IMG/VR virus record: IMGVR_UViG_3300017913_001518
Coordinates: 1-47,681 of that record
Source of the DNA: a virus
Taxonomy: Duplodnaviria > Caudoviricetes
Direction: 5' to 3' (one strand)
DNA: 47,681 bases
The notes under the pieces are model-generated. The model had not been told where the DNA came from, searched no databases, and was given only the letters and a program-made list of their open reading frames with translations. Below are positions 37,508 through 45,256 of this stretch, piece by piece. The translations under genes were made by a program, and so were the position numbers. Numbering within the stretch: position 1 is the stretch's first letter; each line of letters starts with the position of its first letter.

Positions 37508-37801
37508 ATGAAAATGAACGAACATTTTGTAAGAATTATCTTCGAACAAGCACAACCAAAAAACTTTGTAAAAATATTTGCGGGTGCAATGGCTAGTACC
37601 GTAAATGAAAGTTTATTGGAAAGTGAGCAAAGTGTAATTTTTGAACAGTATGAAACTACCGAAGGTCACTATGTGTTTGAAGTTGCTCTGCAATATGATT
37701 TGGACAATGCTACAGCAGATGCTATGGTTGACAAAATTTCCAAAAAGATTCCCGGAGAATATACAATTGAAATTTCCGGTGAAGGACACACTCTACAATA
37801 A
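37508..37801 (+). CDS. Hypothetical acidic protein (start re-assigned to 37508/37514)
   Basis: ATG just after the upstream stop; the 37424 start overlaps the large gene. Confidence 0.6.
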   Translation: MKMNEHFVRIIFEQAQPKNFVKIFAGAMASTVNESLLESEQSVIFEQYETTEGHYVFEVALQYDLDNATADAMVDKISKKIPGEYTIEISGEGHTLQ

Positions 37802-37818
37802 ATTGGCAAAATAAGTCA

Positions 37819-37847
37819 TTGCTCTTTACAACTTTTTAGTGTATATT
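37819..37847 (+). promoter_or_regulatory. Possible sigma70-type promoter
   Basis: TTGCTC-17 nt-TATATT in an AT-rich intergenic region. Confidence 0.45.
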
Positions 37848-37910
37848 ATGTATAGTATGTTTAATTTAATTAAACTATTATTCAATAATAATAAAAAGGA
37901 GAAAGCACAA

Positions 37911-38222
37911 ATGGCTAGAACTAAGCAATATGTGACTTACACAAGAGAATTTACAAAAGGTAATGTAAATTCAAAAATCGGCGTATTCGTTGAACCAGCA
38001 AATTCATTCATGGTAAATGGTGAAGTAAACGGTGGTGCAATTAAATTCGCAAACCTTAAAATTAAAAGACCAACTGCAACAAAAAAATTAATTGATGCTG
38101 GTTATGATTTTAACGTAAGAGTATTAGGTACAGGTTCTTTACAATCTGCACTTAACATGAAAGAACAAGTAATTGATCTTTTATCACAAACTAACAAAAC
38201 TGTAATCAACACAGTAGCGTAA
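37911..38222 (+). CDS. Hypothetical basic protein (start re-assigned to 37911)
   Basis: SD AAGGAG before ATG 37911; followed by a terminator. Confidence 0.7.
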   Translation: MARTKQYVTYTREFTKGNVNSKIGVFVEPANSFMVNGEVNGGAIKFANLKIKRPTATKKLIDAGYDFNVRVLGTGSLQSALNMKEQVIDLLSQTNKTVINTVA

Positions 38223-38237
38223 GTTTTTTGTCCAATT

Positions 38238-38258
38238 AGGCCCTTTATGGGCCTTTTT
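38238..38258 (+). terminator. Rho-independent terminator
   Basis: AGGCCC-tttat-GGGCCT stem followed by TTTT. Confidence 0.75.
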
Positions 38259-38271
38259 GGCTATCAAGAAG

Positions 38272-38300
38272 TTGACTTTCCCAATAACATTTGTTATTAT
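38272..38300 (+). promoter_or_regulatory. Sigma70-type promoter with extended -10
   Basis: TTGACT-17 nt-TATTAT with TG at 38292-38293. Confidence 0.75.
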
Positions 38301-38344
38301 ATACAAGATGCTTAGGACAAGCATAAATTTACTGGAGAAATAGA

Positions 38345-38605
38345 ATGAACGAATCAATTCAATTTAAAGTGTTGACTGCACTACAAAATGGTCAGGAACT
38401 TACTGCAAAGCAGATCAAAGCACGTTATGGTGCTGGCAATCCTGCGGCTGTAATTCAAGCACTACGTTTTAGTGGATTTCCAATCTACTGCAACAACGTG
38501 ACTGACACAAAAGGTCGTGAGTACAACAAATACCGTTTAGGTACAGCAAGCCGCAAGGTTGTAGCCGCTGGTTACAAAGCACTTGCTAAAGGCTTGGTAG
38601 CCTAA
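38345..38605 (+). CDS. Winged helix-turn-helix-like DNA-binding protein
   Basis: VL.AL..G.ELTAKQI...YG......I..LR..G..I followed by a beta-hairpin ..KYRLG. Confidence 0.65.
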   Translation: MNESIQFKVLTALQNGQELTAKQIKARYGAGNPAAVIQALRFSGFPIYCNNVTDTKGREYNKYRLGTASRKVVAAGYKALAKGLVA

Positions 38606-38613
38606 GGAGATTT

Positions 38614-38641
38614 TGGGGGGTTTAAACCCCCCATTATTTTT
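38614..38641 (+). terminator. Perfect palindrome/hairpin, likely terminator
   Basis: TGGGGGGTTTAAACCCCCCA (38614-38633) followed by a T-rich tail. Confidence 0.65.
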
Positions 38642-38644
38642 ATC

Positions 38645-38872
38645 ATGCAAAAAGAATATCTACCAGAAAAAGTTACAATTACCTGCACTGATAACGATAT
38701 GCAGAAAGAAGCATATCTTGACAAATACGATGAAGGTAAATTCATGGAAGTAATCGTTAATACAGTGCGTTTAAGGCTGGTTTGGAATGGCAAGTTATAC
38801 ATTGGAAACATGACAGGACTTGAATTTACAGCACAAGCACCAGCAACCACAATCATCAGACAAGGACGTTAA
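38645..38872 (+). CDS. Hypothetical protein
   Basis: 75-aa ORF filling the gap before the late promoter. Confidence 0.6.
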   Translation: MQKEYLPEKVTITCTDNDMQKEAYLDKYDEGKFMEVIVNTVRLRLVWNGKLYIGNMTGLEFTAQAPATTIIRQGR

Positions 38873-38884
38873 AGTACATAGTTT

Positions 38885-38892
38885 GATAAATA
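38885..38892 (+). promoter_or_regulatory. Late promoter (GATAAATA)
   Basis: TAAATA core upstream of SD AAGGAG and ATG 38914. Confidence 0.65.
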
Positions 38893-38913
38893 CTTCAGTA
38901 AGGAGTATAACCT

Positions 38914-40911
38914 ATGGACTTTAGAAAATTAATAGATCAATTAGATAGTATTAACAGCGAAGCAAAAGAAAAAGTTCGCGAACCATATACTATTGCAAAA
39001 GCAGTTCAGGACATTAATAATATTGCTGTAAGTGAACCTAGCAAATCAGACACAAGATTCAGCAGTGCAAACATCAAAAGATTTGCAGATAAGAAAACTG
39101 AAATTGCATATAAAATCAGAGAATTATCAAGTCGTATTAAAAACAACGACGAATTATCAATTTACCTAAGTGATCTTGCAAACATGATCACAGGTGATCC
39201 ACACAACATCAAAGAGCGTCCTACTCAACAGCATATGGATCTAATTAAAACTGCTATTCTAAAGCACAAAGAAATGGATAATCCTAGAGATCCTGATTCA
39301 GATATTCCTTACGATGACAATGCTGATGATGACGATGAGCCTAAAGAAGACTTGGCACAAGACTTGGCACACATGAAAGACCTTGTTAAAGGTATTGCTA
39401 AGAATCCATTTAAAGGCGATAAAGTTGCTAAAAAGATTAACAAAAAACACGGTAAAGATCTAGCAGGAAACGACCTCAAGAAAGAAGGTCAGTATGACGG
39501 CAAGAGCCGTGAAGAATTACTAAAAATGAAAGCCGATGCTGAAGCAAGTATGAAAGATATGAAATCTAGCGGCAACGATCCACAAAGTAAATTCTATGAC
39601 GAAACACAAATGATGATGGCACAACAGCATTTGGATTCTATCAATAATGCATTAAAAAAACTAGGCGTTACACAAGAAGGTATCAAGGTAACGCAGGAAG
39701 CACAAATGGACGCTAACGCACTCAAGGCATGGTATAACAAATACGAAGACAAACAATCATGGGATGCCTATGGTTTAGCACATGGGTTCTTTAAATGGAA
39801 ACTAGATAGTGGTATTGCTACAGATAGTATGGAAAGAAGCGAAGTCCAAGCACTAATCAAAAAGTTTGGTGAAGAAGAAGTTATGGATGATCCTTTTGCC
39901 GCTATGGAAAAGGCTCCAGAACTTGCTCCTATCACAACTGCTATGCACGACGAGTTCAGTAAGATTGTAGGTAAAAAATATCCAGACGAAGAAGACTTCG
40001 AGAAAGCATCTAACCTAATTCAAGACATCGACGAAGCAGTTAAAGAAAATATTAACTTAAATGATAAAGAACTAGCAGACGCAGTGTTTAAAGCAATAGA
40101 CCTAGCAGACAAGTTAGGCGTAAATTATGCTGTTGACAAAGTAGCAGAATTTGCAGAAGATCTGTATAGTGCAGTAAACGGAACAAATGAATCAATAAAC
40201 GAAAGTTTACTTCCAAAAAGTCATAAAGTACTAAAACTTGTTATCGACGATATTAAAAAACTAAAAGCAGAACAAGACGAAATGGCGAAACAAGGATATG
40301 ACGAAGATGTTGAAATGATTCAAAGACGTCTAAAAGATTTAATTCAAATTGCAGATCTTGTAAAGGATGGCGGATACATTGACGGTGTAGACACAGCAGT
40401 ACAAGACGAAGTTGTTGACTATTATAGCAAAGCAGGTGAACCGTTATCATTTGCTAAAGAAGCAACAAATGAATCTAAGGCTTGCAACTGTGATGAAAAT
40501 TGTCCATGCGGTGGAAACTGTGGGGATGACTGTAATTGCCAGGCAGGATGCAGTTCTATGAATGAAAACAGTGAGCCAGAATGGTTTCAAGGCTTAACAA
40601 ATGTTACACTTAACGGTGACGAGTTTTATGAAACTTTTGGTTGGATTGGCATTGACGAAGATACCGTTGAAGAAGCAGAATATCAAGGACGTAAAGTTAA
40701 ACTAGGCAAACCAATGCGTGGCGATGTTAAAAAGTTTAAGGTATACGTCAAGAATCCAAAAGGTAATGTAGTTAAAGTAAACTTCGGCGATCCGGATATG
40801 AAGATTAAAAAATCAAATCCAGCAAGACGCAAAAGTTTCCGTGCTAGACACAACTGTGACTCACCAGGTCCTAGACATAAAGCACGTTATTGGTCATGCA
40901 GAAAATGGTAA
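38914..40911 (+). CDS. Modular putative internal head (poly)protein
   Basis: Acidic helical modules separated by xxE motifs; Cys-rich insert; highly basic C-terminal module (AEYQGRKVKL...YWSCRKW). Confidence 0.6.
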   Translation: MDFRKLIDQLDSINSEAKEKVREPYTIAKAVQDINNIAVSEPSKSDTRFSSANIKRFADKKTEIAYKIRELSSRIKNNDELSIYLSDLANMITGDPHNIKERPTQQHMDLIKTAILKHKEMDNPRDPDSDIPYDDNADDDDEPKEDLAQDLAHMKDLVKGIAKNPFKGDKVAKKINKKHGKDLAGNDLKKEGQYDGKSREELLKMKADAEASMKDMKSSGNDPQSKFYDETQMMMAQQHLDSINNALKKLGVTQEGIKVTQEAQMDANALKAWYNKYEDKQSWDAYGLAHGFFKWKLDSGIATDSMERSEVQALIKKFGEEEVMDDPFAAMEKAPELAPITTAMHDEFSKIVGKKYPDEEDFEKASNLIQDIDEAVKENINLNDKELADAVFKAIDLADKLGVNYAVDKVAEFAEDLYSAVNGTNESINESLLPKSHKVLKLVIDDIKKLKAEQDEMAKQGYDEDVEMIQRRLKDLIQIADLVKDGGYIDGVDTAVQDEVVDYYSKAGEPLSFAKEATNESKACNCDENCPCGGNCGDDCNCQAGCSSMNENSEPEWFQGLTNVTLNGDEFYETFGWIGIDEDTVEEAEYQGRKVKLGKPMRGDVKKFKVYVKNPKGNVVKVNFGDPDMKIKKSNPARRKSFRARHNCDSPGPRHKARYWSCRKW

Positions 40912-40917
40912 TACAAA

Positions 40918-41268
40918 ATGTTTTTAAAGGAACTTTTCTCTCAACCCGAAACTGATCATAAAGTAGTAGAAACACTAATAGACGATGTGTGTTTTTACAT
41001 GATGAATGAGGATGAATTACAAAAAGAATACTTCCTTCCAGCAGTAAAGCAACTAAAAGCAAAAAAAATACTTGACAATATGGAAGAATGCTATAAAGTG
41101 TTTACACCAATGGCGGAAGCAGGTTGTCAAAAATACTATGAAGAATTTAAAGTTGAGGGCAAGTATGATGAAGTGTTTACACCAGAATGCATGGAAGGTG
41201 TATGTAAAAAATTTACTGAGTCACAGATTCAATTTATCAAAGACGGCCACTACGACATGGAGCAATAG
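40918..41268 (+). CDS. Hypothetical protein (MFLKELF N-terminus)
   Basis: 116-aa ORF tiling within the late cluster. Confidence 0.65.
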   Translation: MFLKELFSQPETDHKVVETLIDDVCFYMMNEDELQKEYFLPAVKQLKAKKILDNMEECYKVFTPMAEAGCQKYYEEFKVEGKYDEVFTPECMEGVCKKFTESQIQFIKDGHYDMEQ

Positions 41269-41270
41269 CC

Positions 41271-42107
41271 ATGCGTATTAATCAATTATTTGAAGCACCT
41301 AAAAAAACAGCAGTTGTAGCATGGGGTAGAATGAACCCTCCTACAATAGGACACCGAAAAGTAATTGATGTTGTGAAACAAAATGCACAACGCTTCATGG
41401 GTGATCCAATTTTATTTTTAAGCAAAACACAAAACAGTAAAAAAGACCCTCTTTCATTTGCAGAAAAAGTACACTTTGCAGGAGAAATGTTTAATATTAA
41501 AGTTGACAGAAACACAAGTGTAAAAACAATTATTCAGATGTTTCAGCAACTGCAAGGGCAAGGGTATGACAACGTAATTCTTGTAGCAGGTAGTGACAGG
41601 GTGCAACAGTATCAAGATCTTATTGACAAGTACAATAACAAAGCAGACAAGAGTGGTGAAATTCCTTTTAAGTTTGCCAATGCAAAAGTAGTTAGCAGTG
41701 GTGAACGTGATCCTGATGCAGATGGCGTAGAAGGTATGAGTGCAAGTAAACTTAGACAGTTTGCCGCCGATAATAATTTTGATAGTTTCAAACAAGGTGT
41801 TGCAGGCAACGAAAATCTTGCAAAACAGATGTTCAACAGGGTGCGTCAAGGCATGGGCATTCAAGAGGTTTTTGGCTTTGCAACAAGAACACCTAAAAGA
41901 TACACAGTTAAAAAACGTCCGCCTGAAAAAGACGAACAAAATTTAAACCAGCGTGTAAAAGATAGACTACAGCAAATTAGACAAGATGCTAAAAAAGAAA
42001 AAACTGATGAAGTAGCAGGCGTAGGTATTATCACTAAGCAAAACACTACTAAAGATGTTAAGAAAGGTACCTTAAAGAAAATGATGAAGGACCTTAAATT
42101 AACATGA
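41271..42107 (+). CDS. Nucleotidyltransferase (cytidylyltransferase-like, HxGH superfamily) with basic C-terminal extension
   Basis: WGRMNPPTIGH, K.PL...K, VAGSDR, G.RDPD and MSASKLR. Confidence 0.8.
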   Translation: MRINQLFEAPKKTAVVAWGRMNPPTIGHRKVIDVVKQNAQRFMGDPILFLSKTQNSKKDPLSFAEKVHFAGEMFNIKVDRNTSVKTIIQMFQQLQGQGYDNVILVAGSDRVQQYQDLIDKYNNKADKSGEIPFKFANAKVVSSGERDPDADGVEGMSASKLRQFAADNNFDSFKQGVAGNENLAKQMFNRVRQGMGIQEVFGFATRTPKRYTVKKRPPEKDEQNLNQRVKDRLQQIRQDAKKEKTDEVAGVGIITKQNTTKDVKKGTLKKMMKDLKLT

Positions 42108-42340
42108 AAATAGAAGAACTAAAAAGACTTGCTGGTATAACAAACGAATTTAAAGGCCAAAAGCCTTTTGAAATGTCACAGTTAGAAAACATGAGTAAGA
42201 CTGCGGCAGAAGTAGTAAAGAAGCAGAAAGATAACAACATAAAGCCGGGCGATCCGGAATGGTTTAAACTTTGGTTTAGCCGTCCACTTATGAATCAATC
42301 AGGCTTTAAAGGATTTAGAGGGCGTAAGAAAAATGGGTAA
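42104..42340 (+). CDS. Small hypothetical protein
   Basis: MKIEELKRLAGI N-terminus; IKPGDPEWFKLWFSRP. Confidence 0.65.
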   Translation: MKIEELKRLAGITNEFKGQKPFEMSQLENMSKTAAEVVKKQKDNNIKPGDPEWFKLWFSRPLMNQSGFKGFRGRKKNG

Positions 42341-43493
42341 ACCTATTGTATATCTAGACATGGACGGTGTACTTGCAGACTTCTTTTCTGAATATGCAAA
42401 AATGGCCGGTGTCAAAGGCTATAGAGATATTCCTGCTGATAAAGTTAATCCAACACTAGATGCAATGATTGGTACAGACTTTTTTGCACGTTTGCCTATG
42501 TTTCCTAGTGTTCCTGCTCTATTAAAATTAGTATTAAGTTATGTAGACTATTACAATATTTGTTCAAGTCCGTTACGCGGTGATGGTTCAAACAGTGAAA
42601 AGCACAAAAAAGTTTGGATCAAAGAACATCTTCGTCCATTACCAAAGGAAATTATTATTACTAATAATAAACCTAAGTGGGCTAAACAACCGGACGGTAC
42701 CCCGAACATTCTCATAGACGATAGGGGTCTTAACATTAATGGCTGGAATCAGGCTGGTGGGATTGGCATCAAATATCAGGCAGACGAAGACAGTCTAGAA
42801 ATAGTTAAACGCGGATTAGAACAAGCATTTGCTAGTGAAGATGAGCAAGATGATGCCAAATACGAAAGGCATGAACTACCACAAATTACAAAAAAGATTC
42901 TAAAGGCTATTCCACATACTTTTGAAACAGTAGACCTAAGCAGTATTCAACCACAGCAAAAAGAACGTATTACAGAAAATTTACAAAGGCAATACAAGCG
43001 TATCGTAGAAAACAAATATAATCCTATCGTAGTAGACAAAGACTATCGTATCCTTAACGGACATCATAGATATGAAGTTCTTAAACAACTTAATAGTCAA
43101 TACATTGACGTAGCAAAAGTACCTTTTACTGTAGAACAAGTATTAGCAACAATAAAAAAGGTTAGCAACAACAAAGAAAGCATTGAAGAAATTACACGCA
43201 GAGATCTGCTGAAAGGTTTCGGTGCCGCTACTGCAGGAGCAGTAGTGGGTGCAAAGGTTGACATTGCCAAGGCCGCTGATGCTGTAGGTGGCAAGTTTGA
43301 TCCTAACACACTAGAATCGGGAGATACTTATTACAAAGTTACAATACGTTCGCCACACGGAAGAATAGTAAAATATCATAGAAGCGATTCTTATTCAGAT
43401 GTAAAAGAACTGGAAAAAGAATATGAAGAAATACTAAGACAGTATAACATAGGTAGTCATCAACTAGAAGTAGCGAAGTATAGAAAAAGATGA
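42333..43493 (+). CDS. Fusion of HAD 5'(3')-nucleotidase-like domain, ParB/Srx-like domain and a C-terminal module with internal Tat-like signal
   Basis: YLDMDGVLADF, K..W, ILIDDR..N...W...GG.GI; PIVVD....ILNGHHRY; TRRDLLKG. Confidence 0.75.
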   Translation: MGKPIVYLDMDGVLADFFSEYAKMAGVKGYRDIPADKVNPTLDAMIGTDFFARLPMFPSVPALLKLVLSYVDYYNICSSPLRGDGSNSEKHKKVWIKEHLRPLPKEIIITNNKPKWAKQPDGTPNILIDDRGLNINGWNQAGGIGIKYQADEDSLEIVKRGLEQAFASEDEQDDAKYERHELPQITKKILKAIPHTFETVDLSSIQPQQKERITENLQRQYKRIVENKYNPIVVDKDYRILNGHHRYEVLKQLNSQYIDVAKVPFTVEQVLATIKKVSNNKESIEEITRRDLLKGFGAATAGAVVGAKVDIAKAADAVGGKFDPNTLESGDTYYKVTIRSPHGRIVKYHRSDSYSDVKELEKEYEEILRQYNIGSHQLEVAKYRKR

Positions 43494-43690
43494 GAATATT
43501 TGAAGTAGTTGAAAACTTTGCTGATGGTAAGAAAAAAGGCAAAAGCAGACCCGGGCGTGTAAAACGTGCAGGTGCTAGTTGTAACGGCAGTGTTACAAGT
43601 TTACGCAAAAAGGCTAAAAATGCCAGTGGCGAAAAAGCCAAGATGTATCACTGGTGTGCAAATATGAAGTCGGGTCGTAAGAAGGGCTAA
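43490..43690 (+). CDS. Small highly basic protein
   Basis: MRIFEVVE followed by a Lys/Arg-rich module with two Cys; ATGA overlap. Confidence 0.7.
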   Translation: MRIFEVVENFADGKKKGKSRPGRVKRAGASCNGSVTSLRKKAKNASGEKAKMYHWCANMKSGRKKG

Positions 43691-43693
43691 ATA
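43686..43693 (+). promoter_or_regulatory. Late promoter (GCTAAATA)
   Basis: TAAATA core 5 nt before ATG 43699. Confidence 0.6.
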
Positions 43694-43698
43694 ACACT

Positions 43699-44484
43699 AT
43701 GCGTATAAAAGATTTAAACAGACCAATTAAAGCACGTGATCCAAATGCACAAACCATGCAGGATATTCGCCGTAGTGGTGCCGCAGGAGCACACAAAGAC
43801 AAAACAAAGATTATTCCACGCAAACAAAAAAATCAAAAAATTAGTTTAGAGGATAAGTTTCAACAGTACATGGAAGCAGATCCAAATGAACTAGGTGCAA
43901 TGAACGATAAAATGCGTGATACACTAGATAAAGTAAACAAAGACGATCAAGACATGTACAAAAAACACATGCAACAGCGTGAAAAAGAACGTGTAGAAAA
44001 AGCCGCTGAATTAGGTGACGCAGGTATGCAGGATTATATTGCTAGACTAAAGAGCCACGATTGGACATATGATTATTCAGATGATCACAGTGTATGGCAA
44101 AGAGGGACTGCTGAAAGAAATGAAATACGTAGACTACAACAAATTTTAGATCCAAACTTTGAAGTTTATAATCAACATGCTCCAGACATGTACAAAATTA
44201 AAAGAAACCCTGAGCCATCTATGGAAAGCAGACAACCTGGCAATTTATGGAAAGAATTAGAAAAACTTGATGAAGTAGCATCAGCAGGTGCAACTTCAGC
44301 AGGCAACGTAGCGACTGTAACAAGTCCACACATTGCGATCGGCGATAAAAAGGCACGTAAAAAATACGGTAGTCTCGCTGGTGCTGTACCTAAGCCACCA
44401 AAAGCAAAAATGCAAAAACCAACTGATAACGCTCTAGATATGAAAGGTACTAGTATCTTTGGCGGTAAAGCAATTAAGAGGTAA
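43699..44484 (+). CDS. Modular hypothetical protein
   Basis: Basic N-module, HDWTYDYSDD module and C-terminal ASAGATSAGNVA module. Confidence 0.65.
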   Translation: MRIKDLNRPIKARDPNAQTMQDIRRSGAAGAHKDKTKIIPRKQKNQKISLEDKFQQYMEADPNELGAMNDKMRDTLDKVNKDDQDMYKKHMQQREKERVEKAAELGDAGMQDYIARLKSHDWTYDYSDDHSVWQRGTAERNEIRRLQQILDPNFEVYNQHAPDMYKIKRNPEPSMESRQPGNLWKELEKLDEVASAGATSAGNVATVTSPHIAIGDKKARKKYGSLAGAVPKPPKAKMQKPTDNALDMKGTSIFGGKAIKR

Positions 44485-44488
44485 CACT

Positions 44489-45100
44489 ATGACTAGAGAA
44501 GAACATTTAAATCAATTGTTTGAAGGTAGTGACGATGCACCGCACGACCATGAGGCGGATATGGCTCGTTCTCAGTTATATAGAACAGCACAAAAAGCAG
44601 TAGCACTATTCAAAATGATTCAATCCGGCGACAATCTAGAAGGTTGGACAGCCGCAAAAATTACTAAGGCCGCTGATTACTTAGACAGCGTTCACAACTA
44701 CATGACTTACGAAATGGTTAAACAACAAGAAATGTCAAGAATGAAAGCAGTAGTAAGTGCTGAAGATTCTTACTTTGAATCGTTAGAAGAAAAATTAGAT
44801 GAATCTCTAAATGAAAAGTCAAAAGGTCTTTACTATTATGTAAACAAGCGTAAAAAAGCAGGCACTAGTAGACCAAAAGGACACAAAGACGCACCTACAG
44901 ATCAAGATTGGAAAAACGCCGCTAAGACTGCAAAAGAAAGTGTAGAACCAAAATGCCCAGACTGTGGTAAACCAAGTTATACTACCTTACCTGAAGAAAA
45001 GCAAAAAGGTGTAGATGGTAAAGTATGCTGGAAAGGCTACAAGCGTATGGGCACTAAGAAAAAAGGCGGCAAAACAGTAGACAACTGTGTAAAAATGTAA
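44489..45100 (+). CDS. Modular hypothetical protein (start re-assigned to 44489)
   Basis: SD GAGG; helical DHEADMARSQL...WTAAKITKAADYL module followed by short basic modules (CPDC; CWKGYK...NCVK). Confidence 0.65.
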   Translation: MTREEHLNQLFEGSDDAPHDHEADMARSQLYRTAQKAVALFKMIQSGDNLEGWTAAKITKAADYLDSVHNYMTYEMVKQQEMSRMKAVVSAEDSYFESLEEKLDESLNEKSKGLYYYVNKRKKAGTSRPKGHKDAPTDQDWKNAAKTAKESVEPKCPDCGKPSYTTLPEEKQKGVDGKVCWKGYKRMGTKKKGGKTVDNCVKM

Positions 45101-45255
45101 TGAGGTTTAATGAAATTTACAGTGAGGCCTGGAGCAGTAAATATAAAAAGTCGATTGATTGCAGTAACCCAAAAGGGTTTTCTCAAAAGGCGCACTGTGC
45201 AGGAAGAAAAGCAAGAAAAGCAGGAAAGAAAACAAAAAGTAAATCGGTAGGATAA
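45100..45255 (+). CDS. Small highly basic protein, 51 aa (not in ORF track)
   Basis: TAATG overlap; MRFNEIYSEAWSSKYKKSIDCSNPKGFSQKAHCAGRKARKAGKKTKSKSVG. Confidence 0.75.
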   Translation: MRFNEIYSEAWSSKYKKSIDCSNPKGFSQKAHCAGRKARKAGKKTKSKSVG

Positions 45256-45256
45256 T

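Noticed and set aside
37911-37928. N-terminus MARTKQ is identical to the start of histone H3
   Set aside because: Only 6 residues match, the rest shows no histone similarity, and MAR/MAK starts are common in this genome.
39349-39372. Tandem 12-nt near-duplication gacttggcacaa/gacttggcacac
   Set aside because: A single in-frame duplication (DLAQ/DLAH); not an array or a recognisable regulatory element.
45136-45143. AGTAAATA late-promoter-like box
   Set aside because: It lies inside the 45100 ORF, over 100 nt from the next start, and such hexamers arise by chance in AT-rich DNA.
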